This document shows, piece after piece, positions 28,770-39,565 of a stretch of 64,000 nucleotides of DNA (within the stretch, counting starts at the first letter, position 1; each line of letters starts with the position of its first letter). The notes under the pieces were generated by a model, which did no database searches, was not told the DNA's origin, and worked only from the letters and a program-made list of their open reading frames with translations. Origin of the DNA: an uncultured bacterium (GTDB lineage Bacteria; JAGOEH01); contig CAZWDO010000020.1 in the NCBI GenBank assembly GCA_964632485.1, positions 1 through 64,000 of the forward strand, read 5' to 3'. Position numbers and translations under genes: made by a program.

Positions 28770-29351
28770 ATGTCAGATGATATGGTTTATCATATATTTG
28801 AACCTACAGAAACTATGGTAGTGCTTCCTTATCATCGTTCAACGCTCAATCCAGTTTTTGCCGACCGGATTCTGGTCGATCGCATATCAGTGACGCGCTC
28901 TCTGGGGGGTGGCGACCCCTTTGTGATCCAGCCGGGGTTGATTGTCATTTCGTGCGTCAAATGGCTGGATGAGGGAATGCTCCCCCGTGAATGCTATTTC
29001 TTTTTTAACACCCTGATCAAGGAAAGCCTTGATTTTATGGGGCTACATTCACTTGAGTTCTCTTCCATTAATGAATTGAGCTTGGGCCCGCGGGTCATTT
29101 TGACTTCCAGTCTGCGTTTTTTTTCCGGAGTAGTTTTTTATCAGGGACTTCTATTGGTCAATATTGATCATAATCAGCGGTACCTATATATTAATCATTA
29201 TGCATCGAATAAATATAAAGCAAATTATGATCGGTTTGGAGATATTCGTCAGATGGGATATAATTTTGGGATTAGAGAGATTATTAACGCTTTGGATTAT
29301 CATTTTCAAGCTCCGGATTTAGTTGAAATGTACCAAGGCAATGAGAAATAG
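28770..29351 (+). CDS. lipoate-protein ligase (BPL/LplA/LipB)-fold protein, degenerate
   Basis: TRSLGGG ~ RRxSGGG; INELSLGPRVILTSS ~ NDI...KIxGSA; YQGLLLVN ~ HHGTLL. Start uncertain (28719 or 28770). Confidence 0.55.
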   Translation: MSDDMVYHIFEPTETMVVLPYHRSTLNPVFADRILVDRISVTRSLGGGDPFVIQPGLIVISCVKWLDEGMLPRECYFFFNTLIKESLDFMGLHSLEFSSINELSLGPRVILTSSLRFFSGVVFYQGLLLVNIDHNQRYLYINHYASNKYKANYDRFGDIRQMGYNFGIREIINALDYHFQAPDLVEMYQGNEK

Positions 29352-29359
29352 GAGGCGCT

Positions 29360-30649
29360 ATGTCTGTTTCGGTTATGTATGAGGTTTTTTTGCGCAATTA
29401 TCCAAATCGGGGCAATCTCCGGTCGCTTGCGCATGATCTTAAGCGACTCAAGGAACTTGGTGTCGATTGTATTTGGTTGATGCCAATTACCTATGCCGGA
29501 AAAAATGGCCGTAAAGGGCTGTTTGGTTCACCCTATGCTTCCCGGGATTATCTGGTTATTGATCCTATGTATGGTTCGTTACAGGAGTTCACATTATTGG
29601 CGAATCGCTGTCATGATTTCGGAATGAAATTGATGGTCGATATTGTGTTTCATCACTGCGCACTGGACAGTTCATTGCTCAACAATCATGGAGACTGGAT
29701 ATTAAAGGATGACGAGGGACGATTTACCCGCAAGATTGCCGATTGGAGCGATGTTTATGATCTGGATTTTCGTGTTGATGAACTTAGCGACTATCTTATT
29801 GAAGCGCTGAAAAAATGGGTGGAACGAGGCGTTGACGGGTTTCGCTGCGATGTTGCCCCCTTGATTCCACACTCATTTTGGCAAAAAGCACGGGAACAAT
29901 TAAACGCAATCAATCCGGATTTGATCTGGTTGGCGGAATCGGTAGAGAAGAAATTTATTCAGCGTTGCCATAAAAAAGGCTGGTTATGCTCGGAAGACAA
30001 GGAACTTTATCCGGTGTTTGATTTGACCTATGATTATGATTTGTATGAGAACTGGCGCCAAGCGATCAAAGATCGTCAATTCCTGTTTTCATATTTAGAT
30101 GAATTGGAACGGCAGTGGGAGTGGCTGCCTCACCCGGCGGGAAAAATGCGCTTTCTGGAGAACCATGATCAGCTAAGAGCCGCGCATTTAATTGATGATT
30201 ATTGTCAAATGCAAAATTGGATCGCCTGGATGGCAAGTTTGCCGGGAGCATTTTTATTATATCAGGGACAGGAATTTGGGGCCTCGGAATCGATTTCGTT
30301 GTTTGATCCCCATATTACGCAATTTCCATCGGATGACAACGCGTTGAAGTATAACCGATTTTATCAAGATGTCATTACCTGGAAAAAACAGTTACCTCAA
30401 GCTGAAATACCGAGGCTGGGGCGAGATGAAGAAAAAGCAGTCGTTTGGCTGGCTTATTCGGATTCGGACAAAGAGTTTCTGGCTTTTTTTAATTTTTATA
30501 ATCAGTCTGGCAGCATTGTCATTCCCGCCGATTTGAGGGGACGGTACATGGACTGGTTCACTCGGGAACCCGTCGATTTAACGGAAGAAACTATGTCATT
30601 GTGTTCTGAACCAACGCTATTATGGCGTAGCAAGGGAGAAATTGTATGA
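29360..30649 (+). CDS. GH13 alpha-amylase family protein (cytoplasmic)
   Basis: LGVDCIWLMPI, GSPYASRDY, DIVFHH, VDGFRCDVA, WLAES, FLENHDQ. Confidence 0.9.
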   Translation: MSVSVMYEVFLRNYPNRGNLRSLAHDLKRLKELGVDCIWLMPITYAGKNGRKGLFGSPYASRDYLVIDPMYGSLQEFTLLANRCHDFGMKLMVDIVFHHCALDSSLLNNHGDWILKDDEGRFTRKIADWSDVYDLDFRVDELSDYLIEALKKWVERGVDGFRCDVAPLIPHSFWQKAREQLNAINPDLIWLAESVEKKFIQRCHKKGWLCSEDKELYPVFDLTYDYDLYENWRQAIKDRQFLFSYLDELERQWEWLPHPAGKMRFLENHDQLRAAHLIDDYCQMQNWIAWMASLPGAFLLYQGQEFGASESISLFDPHITQFPSDDNALKYNRFYQDVITWKKQLPQAEIPRLGRDEEKAVVWLAYSDSDKEFLAFFNFYNQSGSIVIPADLRGRYMDWFTREPVDLTEETMSLCSEPTLLWRSKGEIV

Positions 30650-32346
30650 AAAAGTTTTTCAAGATTTTCTTTATCACCATGGGTGTTTTGGCCACGCTTT
30701 TCCTGATTTTGATGATTGTCGCCGTTTCGGTATTGAGCCGCTATATTGCTGATAAGCCGGTTTCATTGACCGATAATCAGGTATTGAAGATCACGTTGAA
30801 CAAGTCGATTCCGGAAATGCCGGTCGAGGAATTGGACCGCATGTTAAAGGTGAGCGATTATAGTTTTTATGATCTTCTACGCGCGGTGAAACTGGCTGAA
30901 GCCCATGAGAAAATCCAGGGCGTGTTTATTAAAATCGAAGCTCCGTCTCTGGGTTGGGCTCAGACGCAAGAGTTGGTTTCTGCATTGAAATCGTTGCGTG
31001 AAAAAGGTAAAAAAGTATGGGTTTATTATGATTTTGTAACAGATAAAGAGTATGTTCTGGCATCGGTGGCCGATCAGATTTATTGCGCGCCGCAGGCGAT
31101 AACTCTCTTTGATGGGCTTAATGCCAATATGGTATTTTTTAAAGGGATGTTGAAAAAAGTCGGCATCGAATTTGAGACAATTCGTCACGGTAAATTTAAA
31201 AGCGCGGTGGAACCGTTTGTTAATGATGATATTTCTCCGGAAAACCGCATGATGATGTCGGAGTTCTTAACCTCACTGACGGATCAGTATCTGGCCGCTA
31301 TCCAGGAAAATCGTCAATTTGAAAATGTTCGTCAATTGATGGATGAAGGTCCCTACTTGATAACCGGGGACGCTTTGGCGAAACAGTTGGTCGATTCCTG
31401 CGTGATTGGAGAGGAAATCTATAAGGCGGCGGGTTTCAGTAAGAAGGATTGTATCGGTGTGGTTCAGTTTTTAAAAGCGGCTGGCGCTTCGCATGGCAAA
31501 GGGCAGAAGATTGCACTGGTAACGGCCGAAGGAGAAATTTCTTCCGGCAAAAGTAAACGTAATATTCTCGGGGACGCGACGTTGATTGAAAATTTGAAGA
31601 AAGCGTTTGAAGCAGAAAATGTTGCGTCGATCGTTTTACGCATCAATAGCCCGGGCGGTTCCGGCGGCGCTTCCGATAATGTCTGGCAATTTATCGAGGA
31701 ACATAAAGCTGAAAAGCCGGTCGTTGTTTCTTTTGGAAATATTGCAGCTTCCGGGGGCTACTATATCGCGATGAACAGCCATAAAATCATCGCGGAACCG
31801 ACGACCTTGACCGGTTCAATCGGTGTTTTCTTTCTTCGACCGGTGGTCCGGGGACTGTTTAATAAACTGGATTTAAAAACCGTATCTATCAAATCCGCTC
31901 CCAATGCCGGATTTTTAGCGTCACCCGATGCGATGAACGATTATGAAGAGATGAAAGTGACCCAGATGATCGAGAATTTTTACGATCAGTTTATCACAAA
32001 AGTCGCTACCGGCCGCAACAAAAGCAAGGAAGCGATCGACAGCATCGGCCAGGGTCGTATCTGGACCGGTTCGCAAGCCCTGGATATCGGATTAATCGAC
32101 CAGTACGGCGNNNNNNNNNNCGGTTTAATGGTCGCCTTGCGTGAAGCCGCCAACTTGGGCGGTATCGATAAAACAGAAGAGCTGAATGTCTGGGTGTTGC
32201 CTGAAGCTCGCGATATTATTACCCAGATTATGGATGAAGACTTTTTTTCATCTGTGAAAATTATTTCTTCCTGGATGGAATTGGATGAATCGATCAATCG
32301 GGGAGAAGTGATGATGCGTCTGCCCTATGAAGTGAGTATCGAGTAG
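30646..32346 (+). CDS. sppA: signal peptide peptidase SppA (67K type)
   Basis: GKFKSAVEPF, LRINSPGGS, AASGGYYIA, TLTGSIGV, QGRIWTG. N-gap at 32111-32120. Confidence 0.93.
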   Translation: MKKFFKIFFITMGVLATLFLILMIVAVSVLSRYIADKPVSLTDNQVLKITLNKSIPEMPVEELDRMLKVSDYSFYDLLRAVKLAEAHEKIQGVFIKIEAPSLGWAQTQELVSALKSLREKGKKVWVYYDFVTDKEYVLASVADQIYCAPQAITLFDGLNANMVFFKGMLKKVGIEFETIRHGKFKSAVEPFVNDDISPENRMMMSEFLTSLTDQYLAAIQENRQFENVRQLMDEGPYLITGDALAKQLVDSCVIGEEIYKAAGFSKKDCIGVVQFLKAAGASHGKGQKIALVTAEGEISSGKSKRNILGDATLIENLKKAFEAENVASIVLRINSPGGSGGASDNVWQFIEEHKAEKPVVVSFGNIAASGGYYIAMNSHKIIAEPTTLTGSIGVFFLRPVVRGLFNKLDLKTVSIKSAPNAGFLASPDAMNDYEEMKVTQMIENFYDQFITKVATGRNKSKEAIDSIGQGRIWTGSQALDIGLIDQYGXXXXGLMVALREAANLGGIDKTEELNVWVLPEARDIITQIMDEDFFSSVKIISSWMELDESINRGEVMMRLPYEVSIE

Positions 32347-32430
32347 TTCTATTTAGAGTGTCGAGGCTGTTTGTGAATGTCCATCATTGTATGCAATCTG
32401 CAGACATAAAAGAAAAAAGGAGTATTGCGT

Positions 32431-33741
32431 ATGGAAAAACCGTTATTATCCGCGCACTATCGCAACCGTCAACCCTCTGATATTCGAATGGCGCAAATTG
32501 AATATATGAAGCGTACTGACGGTGTCGGGGAAGTGAATACAGCTATTGGCAATGTATCACTACCGATGCATCCGGCGATGCGCCGCCGTATGGAGGAACT
32601 GTCGGCGGCTGAATCGCCCTTTAGCGCTGGTGTAGTTAAATATTCGGCCACTGTTGGTTTTGCAGAGACCCAAAAGGCTTTTTTAAACATTATCGCTTCC
32701 AGCGGGTTCAATACCGCCTCTTTGTCCGCCATGATTACCGATGGCGGCAGCCATGCCATGGAATTGGTGATCGTGGGATTATGCGGCGCTGCCGGAACGG
32801 CGGAATCACCCTTATTGCTGATTGATGCGGCCTATACTAATTATCATTCTATGGCCAAACGCACGGGACGCAAAAGCGTATCGGTACAACGGACGCTTCA
32901 GTCGAATGGAAAGTTTACCTTGCCGGATATCGCCCAGATCGAACAGGTGATTGAAAAAAATCGGCCTAACGCGCTGGTGGTGATACCCTATGATAATCCG
33001 ACTGGGCATTTTTACGATCATGCCACAATGATAACCCTGGCCCAGCTCTGCGTCAAATATAATATGTGGATGGTTAGTGACGAGGCCTATCGGGAGTTGT
33101 ATTATGTCGATCAACCGACGACCAGTATCTGGGGAATAACAGATCAGGAGGTGCCGGGCATCGAGGGACGGCGAATCAGCATCGAGACGGCATCTAAGGT
33201 ATGGAATGCCTGTGGCTTGCGTGTCGGCGCTCTGATATCTGATAATTCGGAATTCATTGTTAAGGCTGTCGCTGAAAATACGGCGAATTTGTGTCCGAAT
33301 GTGATCGGCCAGTATATTTTTGGCTCATTGGCCCATGAATCGCATGAAGGTTTGCGTATTTGGTATGCCGAACAGCGTCAGTATTATGCGCAGATTGCCC
33401 GGGAAATGGCGCACGGATTCCATACGTTAATGCCCAAGGCTATCCTCTCCAGCCCCGATGCGTCCATCTATGCGGTGATTGATGTCCGAGAATTGGTCGG
33501 CAAGGATTTTGATGCCCAGGATTTTGTCATGTTTTGCGCGCGCGAAGGCAAGGTCACGATTGATGGCGAAACGATGACCCTTTTAGTGGCCCCGATGGCC
33601 GGGTTCTATAGCGTGAATCCCGGAGAAACCAATCCGGGTAAAACACAAATGCGTATCGCTTATGTTGAAAGCCCCGAAAAAATGCGGTGGGTGCCTCAAC
33701 TTTTTGCCGCTCTTTTTAATGATTATTTAAATAGGAAGTAG
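32431..33741 (+). CDS. PLP-dependent aminotransferase class I/II
   Basis: YDNPTG, VSDEAYREL, SKVWNACGLRVG (PLP lysine). Confidence 0.88.
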   Translation: MEKPLLSAHYRNRQPSDIRMAQIEYMKRTDGVGEVNTAIGNVSLPMHPAMRRRMEELSAAESPFSAGVVKYSATVGFAETQKAFLNIIASSGFNTASLSAMITDGGSHAMELVIVGLCGAAGTAESPLLLIDAAYTNYHSMAKRTGRKSVSVQRTLQSNGKFTLPDIAQIEQVIEKNRPNALVVIPYDNPTGHFYDHATMITLAQLCVKYNMWMVSDEAYRELYYVDQPTTSIWGITDQEVPGIEGRRISIETASKVWNACGLRVGALISDNSEFIVKAVAENTANLCPNVIGQYIFGSLAHESHEGLRIWYAEQRQYYAQIAREMAHGFHTLMPKAILSSPDASIYAVIDVRELVGKDFDAQDFVMFCAREGKVTIDGETMTLLVAPMAGFYSVNPGETNPGKTQMRIAYVESPEKMRWVPQLFAALFNDYLNRK

Positions 33742-33742
33742 T

Positions 33743-35476
33743 ATGCATAGATTGCTTCATATCAGTTTTTTTTTAGTATTGATCATGTCGGCGTTGTTCG
33801 CCCAGGATTTTGATCCGATTGATGACGTTCAGATACGGATTGAAACGGGTTATGAAACGGATCAACTTCAATTGGGAATCCACTTTTTATTGCCTGAAGG
33901 GTACCATATTGGAGCCAATGAATTATTGAAATTTGAGTTTAACCTTCCAGTGGAATTGGTCCAAAAGGGAACTGTTGTATTTCCGCAAACTGAAGGCCCG
34001 GAAGAGTTTCCGTATTATGTCTGGGATGCGGAGTTTCAATATCAGGCGAAAATGCTCACTTCAATTGAGGAAAAACGTGATTTTCAAGCGGTAATCACTT
34101 ACCAGATATGTTCAGAAGGGGAAAATGCTCTCTGTTTTCCCCCTGTAAAGCAAACAGTGGCATACCAATTAAAGCCCTATCCGCCTGGGGGAGAAAAAGG
34201 GACAGGTGGAATCGTATTCACGCAGGAAGGGCTGAGTGGCTATATTAATCAAGCTTTGCAGGGCAGTTTCCTGCTGGTTTTAGCGCTTGTTTTTCTGGGT
34301 GGAATTTTAACCTCTTTTACTCCCTGCGTTTACCCGATGATTCCCATTATTATCGGTTATATCGGGGCGCGAACCGAGCGCAAGATCCAGGGATTGATAT
34401 TATCTCTTTTTTTTACGTTGGGGATGTCATTAACTTATGCAATATTGGGCCTGTTAGCCGCGCAAACCGGACAGGTTTTCGGTTCTCTGACGCAGCAGCC
34501 TTGGGTCGTGTTATCCATTGCGGCGATTTTTTTTGTGATGGCGTTATCGATGCTGGGGTTCTTTGAACTCCAGCTCCCCTCTGCCTGGATCGGTACTCTG
34601 CGAAGCAGGCAAAGAAAAGGATGGCTGGGAGCGATTTTTATGGGCGCTATTGCCGGGTTTATTGGCGCGCCTTGCGTGGGGCCGGTCTTGATTACGCTGT
34701 TGACCTTTGTTTCTGCTACCGGCAGTCTGATGAAAGGTTTTTTCCTGTTGTTGATCTATGGATTCGGCATGAGCGCGCTATTTGTGGTAATCGGCACATT
34801 TACCGGCGCTTTGAAATCGATGCCGAAGGCCGGCCGGTGGATGGAAAATATAAAATATGGGTTTGCTCTTTTGATGTTTGGTCTGGTTTTTTATTTTGCC
34901 CGCCCGTTTTTACCGCTCCATTTTTTTCTGGCTTTAGTCGGCGCGGTTTTTCTTCTCCTCAGTCAGGTTTTTTGGAAAAATCTGCGGGATATTGATTCTA
35001 TTGGGTCGCCGTTTTGGAAAACGTTAGTATTATTGGTGGCTATTACCGGCGCATATTTTTGGTGGCAGGCGCTGGATCGTATATTTGACTTGAATTCTCT
35101 CCGGACAGAGGAAGCCCGTCCTGCGCCAACTCCTTCGCAGTCTTTGCGCTGGATTATCAATGATGAAACAAAAGCCTTCCAATTGGCCCGTGAGCGCAAT
35201 CAACCAGTACTGGTGGATTTCTATGCAAGCTGGTGCGTGGCATGTAACGAACTTGAGCATATTACCTGGCAAGACCCGCGCGTAGCGGCGGCTTTAGGGG
35301 AGTTTGTGTTGTTAAAATTTGATTATTCGGTTCAGGAAGATTGGCAAAAAGAGGTGTCAGACAAATTTGGAGTTCAAGGTTTACCCACGGTTTTGCTATT
35401 GAATTCTGAGCAAGGTGAAATCCGTCGGTTTTCCGGATTTCGTGATGCGGATGATTTTTTAAATTTTTTAAAATAA
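33743..35476 (+). CDS. dsbD: protein-disulfide reductase DsbD
   Basis: N-domain YQIC...CFPP; TM domain FTPCVYPMIP and APCVGP; thioredoxin domain DFYASWCVAC. Confidence 0.92.
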   Translation: MHRLLHISFFLVLIMSALFAQDFDPIDDVQIRIETGYETDQLQLGIHFLLPEGYHIGANELLKFEFNLPVELVQKGTVVFPQTEGPEEFPYYVWDAEFQYQAKMLTSIEEKRDFQAVITYQICSEGENALCFPPVKQTVAYQLKPYPPGGEKGTGGIVFTQEGLSGYINQALQGSFLLVLALVFLGGILTSFTPCVYPMIPIIIGYIGARTERKIQGLILSLFFTLGMSLTYAILGLLAAQTGQVFGSLTQQPWVVLSIAAIFFVMALSMLGFFELQLPSAWIGTLRSRQRKGWLGAIFMGAIAGFIGAPCVGPVLITLLTFVSATGSLMKGFFLLLIYGFGMSALFVVIGTFTGALKSMPKAGRWMENIKYGFALLMFGLVFYFARPFLPLHFFLALVGAVFLLLSQVFWKNLRDIDSIGSPFWKTLVLLVAITGAYFWWQALDRIFDLNSLRTEEARPAPTPSQSLRWIINDETKAFQLARERNQPVLVDFYASWCVACNELEHITWQDPRVAAALGEFVLLKFDYSVQEDWQKEVSDKFGVQGLPTVLLLNSEQGEIRRFSGFRDADDFLNFLK

Positions 35477-35480
35477 TGGT

Positions 35481-38400
35481 CTATTGCTGATATTCCGGCA
35501 AACTTAAGGTAAAAACAGATCCTTTGCCCACTTCACTCTCTACTATAATTTCCCCATGATGCAGTTCCGTGAGTTTTTTGGCGATAGAGAGTCCCAATCC
35601 GGTAGATGTTTCCCCACCTGTGGGGCGATTTCCTATTTTTTGAAATTTGGTAAATAGCCGCTGTAAATCCTGAGGGAGAATTCCCGGACCCTGATCTTTG
35701 ACCTGGAATAAAATGTTAGTGTTTTCTTTTTTCACCAGTACCTGGATCGGCAACCCATGGGGTGAGTATTTGATAGCATTGCTGACCAGATTGTCCATCA
35801 CTTCCATGATGCGGTGCGCATCGCATTGGACAATGTAATGGTCAATACTGTCAATCGTCAGGGATTGACATTTCCGATCCGCATTTGGAATATTGTGCTG
35901 AACGATCTGGTTAACCATAGTTTGGATGTCGACAGGTTGGAAATTCAGTTTGATATGACCGGATTCAATAGCTGAAGAGACTAAGAGCTCGTTGATAATA
36001 TGCATCATTTTTGTAATTGCCTGGTCGATGCGGTCGATATGAGATAAAATGGAAACAGTGTTCGTATTTTGCCGACGTAGGATATCGGCTGTCGCTTTGA
36101 TGATTGTGAGAGGGTTGCGAAGATCATGGACGGCGATATTCATGATTTCATCCTTAAGGTGATTGACGGTTGTCAATTTTTCATTGGATAGTCGGAGTTG
36201 CTGGGCTTGTTCCTGGATGGTATCAATGGCTTCCAACGCGATTTCGTGGTTCATGCGGGCTTCACTCAAGGCTTTTTCTGTTTCTTCTTGCGCGTTCCTT
36301 AAGTGTTCTGTCTTTTCTTCTACCGTTTGCTCCAATTCTTTCTGACGTTTATCGAAACGGCGGATTCGCATTCGAAAAAGAAAATAACCGTATCCCATAA
36401 GCAGCAGTACCGCTAAAAGCCACACTCCGGGACGTTGATAAAAGAATGGTTTGATGCGAAACTGAATGCCGTCAGAGGCCGAGCTCTCTAAGCCCTCCTG
36501 ATTGATCGCGATGATTTCAAATGTGTAGTTTCCCGGTTCCAGATTAGTAAAAACTGCATAGCGGCGAGTATCCACAAAATTCCAATCATTTTCAAAACCC
36601 TTTAACCGGGTTTTAAACTGTATTCGTTTGGGGCAGAGGAAATTAATGGCAGTATAATAGAATTCGACACGATTGGTTCCGGCTTCCAACTGGATGATAG
36701 TATCACCCGAGCAGTCAATAGGCAGGTTGTTAATCATCATTTCTTCGATTATGGGTTCGGGAGGAATTTGGTTTGGAACTATAATCCCCGGATCAATGGC
36801 CACAACTCCCTTCCCCGTGGGGAACCAGAATTTACCGTTCCGATCCCTGCATCCGGCAGGTTGTGAACCCCCATTGCATTCACTACTGACCAAACCGGTA
36901 GCGCGGTCAAAAACCTGGCAACTCACTCGTTCGTTTTTCCCGTTGATATAATTGAAGATATTTTGTTTTTCGATCATGACAATACCGAAATTAGAACTGA
37001 GCCACAACCGTTTTTCATCGAAGAGTACTTGATAAAAATAACTGGTAAAGAGCCCGTCTTTTTTTTTAATATTGAAAAACTGTCCGTTTTGGTACCAGCT
37101 TAATCCATCATTGGTAGCGATCCAAACTATATTGCTTATTGAATCCATGGTAAGGGATTGAATCCCGACGCTGCCCAATCCATTGAGCGTGTCGTAGCGC
37201 ATTATGGAATCGTCCTTGATGATATTGATGCCATTTTCAGTACCGACCCAAATGACCCCGGGAGAATATTCCAGGATAGAGGTGACCGCATCATGGCTAA
37301 GAAGATGGTTTTGGGTGTTGTAGTTTTTTATCGCGCCGTTAGCATAGCAGTTAACACCGCCTCCATAAGTGCCGATCCAGATATTGCGTTGATGATCTTC
37401 CAGAATAGCCGTAACAAATCCGCTTGAGAGGCCGTTATCCGTTGTTAAGTGTTGAATTTTTCCATTATCATCATAAAAATAGACACCTTGGTCATAGGTA
37501 CCAATCATAATTCTTCCGTTATGGTCTAAAGCCAAGCCGCCGATATCCTTGCGGGTGAGATCGCTAATTTCCTGAAATAGATGGAACTTGCCATTCAGAA
37601 ACCAGTTAAGTCCTTCATCCGTGCCCACCCAGATTTTGCCCGCGCGATCCTGGATAATGGACCATGCCACATTGTTGGAAAGTCCTTGTTGCGTTTGATA
37701 GCTGACAATGATTCCTCTTCTCGTTTTTATTAATCCATCCATGGTGCCGATCCACAAATTTTTTTCTCTGTCTTCAAAGAGCGAACGAATTGGATATTGG
37801 AAAACGGATTGTTTGGAAAAAGGTAAAACTTGATGGTCCTGATAATAAAAAAGTCCCTCATTCGTTCCCATAAGAATTTGATTGGAGGTGAAGTAAAATG
37901 CTTCAATTGTAGATTGATTCGGATTAGTATCCAGTTTTTCCCAGGTGTCGGTGTTCAGATTCCATAGAAAAAGACCATCCCGCGAGACGATCCAAAGCGA
38001 ATCATTGCGATGTGAAATCCAGTAAATGACTTTATTTTCGATCGTCGTATTGAATGAATCAATCGCTCGGATTGTGTCGTTAGCGTACAAATTCAATCCA
38101 CTGCGGGTGGCAATCCATACACGACCCTGGTTATCTTCTTCCGTATCCCAAACAATACTATTGAGGAGGCCATCTTCTGGTGTTAGGAGACGGTATTGGT
38201 CGTCGCTATTCTGAAGAAAAAGACCGTTGGATGTGCTGATCCATACCCGATCCCGGGAATCTCTCATTATACCATTGATTTCATATCCTTTTAATTCAGA
38301 GTTCAGTGGATAGGGTAAAAATTTTCCATTGGAATAGAGGGTAATTCCCCCACCCAAAGTACCAATCCATAGTTTTCCTTCCGGATCGACTAAAAATGCT

Positions 38401-38663
38401 GAAATGTAGTTTTGCTTGATTTCGGGCGTGTTTTGGGTATCGTAGACTTTAAAGCGGATCCCGTCAAACCGCGCCAGCCCTTCAGCGGTTCCGATCCATA
38501 AATATCCATCATTGGTCTGAGCCAGGCAGCGAACGCTGTTTTGCGGCAGGCCGTGATCTGTTTGCCACAGCTCATAGCTCCAATGCAATTCGGCATTTAG
38601 AGCTTTTACTGTTAAAAAGATAATTAAAATAGTCCATATATAATTATGCTTTATTATAATCAT
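35481..38663 (-). CDS. sensor histidine kinase with beta-propeller (Reg_prop) and Y_Y_Y periplasmic domains
   Basis: Repeated GL.SN.V...D..G.IWIGT; FTNLEPGNYTF; TM segment; HDLRNPL, NLVSNAIKYS, DQGPGI, GLGLSI. Start 38663 or 38681. Confidence 0.9.
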   Translation of the reverse strand: MIIIKHNYIWTILIIFLTVKALNAELHWSYELWQTDHGLPQNSVRCLAQTNDGYLWIGTAEGLARFDGIRFKVYDTQNTPEIKQNYISAFLVDPEGKLWIGTLGGGITLYSNGKFLPYPLNSELKGYEINGIMRDSRDRVWISTSNGLFLQNSDDQYRLLTPEDGLLNSIVWDTEEDNQGRVWIATRSGLNLYANDTIRAIDSFNTTIENKVIYWISHRNDSLWIVSRDGLFLWNLNTDTWEKLDTNPNQSTIEAFYFTSNQILMGTNEGLFYYQDHQVLPFSKQSVFQYPIRSLFEDREKNLWIGTMDGLIKTRRGIIVSYQTQQGLSNNVAWSIIQDRAGKIWVGTDEGLNWFLNGKFHLFQEISDLTRKDIGGLALDHNGRIMIGTYDQGVYFYDDNGKIQHLTTDNGLSSGFVTAILEDHQRNIWIGTYGGGVNCYANGAIKNYNTQNHLLSHDAVTSILEYSPGVIWVGTENGINIIKDDSIMRYDTLNGLGSVGIQSLTMDSISNIVWIATNDGLSWYQNGQFFNIKKKDGLFTSYFYQVLFDEKRLWLSSNFGIVMIEKQNIFNYINGKNERVSCQVFDRATGLVSSECNGGSQPAGCRDRNGKFWFPTGKGVVAIDPGIIVPNQIPPEPIIEEMMINNLPIDCSGDTIIQLEAGTNRVEFYYTAINFLCPKRIQFKTRLKGFENDWNFVDTRRYAVFTNLEPGNYTFEIIAINQEGLESSASDGIQFRIKPFFYQRPGVWLLAVLLLMGYGYFLFRMRIRRFDKRQKELEQTVEEKTEHLRNAQEETEKALSEARMNHEIALEAIDTIQEQAQQLRLSNEKLTTVNHLKDEIMNIAVHDLRNPLTIIKATADILRRQNTNTVSILSHIDRIDQAITKMMHIINELLVSSAIESGHIKLNFQPVDIQTMVNQIVQHNIPNADRKCQSLTIDSIDHYIVQCDAHRIMEVMDNLVSNAIKYSPHGLPIQVLVKKENTNILFQVKDQGPGILPQDLQRLFTKFQKIGNRPTGGETSTGLGLSIAKKLTELHHGEIIVESEVGKGSVFTLSLPEYQQ

Positions 38664-38803
38664 ATCAATAAAATAAATCATTTTTCATTCTTTGTCAAGT
38701 TTATATCGTATTTAAAGAATAAAATTTTACCTGTGAAAAAAAAACTTGAATTTTAGAAAAATTTAATTATGATTATAGTAAACTGATAGTGAAAGGATAG
38801 TAT

Positions 38804-39364
38804 ATGGAAAAATCATGGATATTTGAAGAGGTGCCCTTGTTATATCAGATAATTCGTCTGGACCCATTTCGACGGACTATGGGTGTTTTTTTTGATGTTT
38901 TGCAGCCGCAGTCGATTCCGCGAATCGACGCCCTGGATCGTGTTTTGCATGAAACGGGCGCAATTTCTCCCGGATCCACTGGCGGAGTATCGAGGCCATG
39001 GTATATGCACTCCTTTCAGGACGATAATTTAATGGTATTGTTTGGGATTCGCTATGTTGATATTTACACGCAGGCCCATGGTCAGATCGAATCCTTTGAG
39101 GTTGCTCCGAATTATATAAAAAAAAACGGACAACTCATTTTTAAAGGCCCGGCCATGCTGGTTTGGCCTGCAGGAGTGTTTCATCGGATAAAAAGTGATG
39201 ACCATTTGGGATCGGCCTCAATTAATTTGGCGACTCATTATCCGGGTTTCGATATTCGTACAAATTTCAATATTTATGATCTAAATGTTAAAACCGGTGA
39301 ATACCGCTTATTAAGGGAAGGATATCTCGATCAGTCTGATGGCGCCCAAAAAGGGACTGATTAG
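38804..39364 (+). CDS. conserved hypothetical protein, probable cupin fold
   Basis: WYMHSFQDDNLMVLFG and LVWPAGVFH resemble the two cupin motifs; RBS AAAGGA. Confidence 0.5.
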   Translation: MEKSWIFEEVPLLYQIIRLDPFRRTMGVFFDVLQPQSIPRIDALDRVLHETGAISPGSTGGVSRPWYMHSFQDDNLMVLFGIRYVDIYTQAHGQIESFEVAPNYIKKNGQLIFKGPAMLVWPAGVFHRIKSDDHLGSASINLATHYPGFDIRTNFNIYDLNVKTGEYRLLREGYLDQSDGAQKGTD

Positions 39365-39565
39365 CGGATCGTTGGAGTTTGTTAACGAATTCCTGTATTT
39401 CGTAGTTTTTACGGTAAGCCGAAATCATGGGTGTTTGTTTCGCTGTAAAACAAGTAAACGGATTCGGACAAGTAATTTTTGTGGAGTGGCGCTTGCCGGC
39501 AGAAAATATTATGGATGAACGTGTTTGATGGATTTTAATTTATTAACAATTATCAGGAGATCAAG

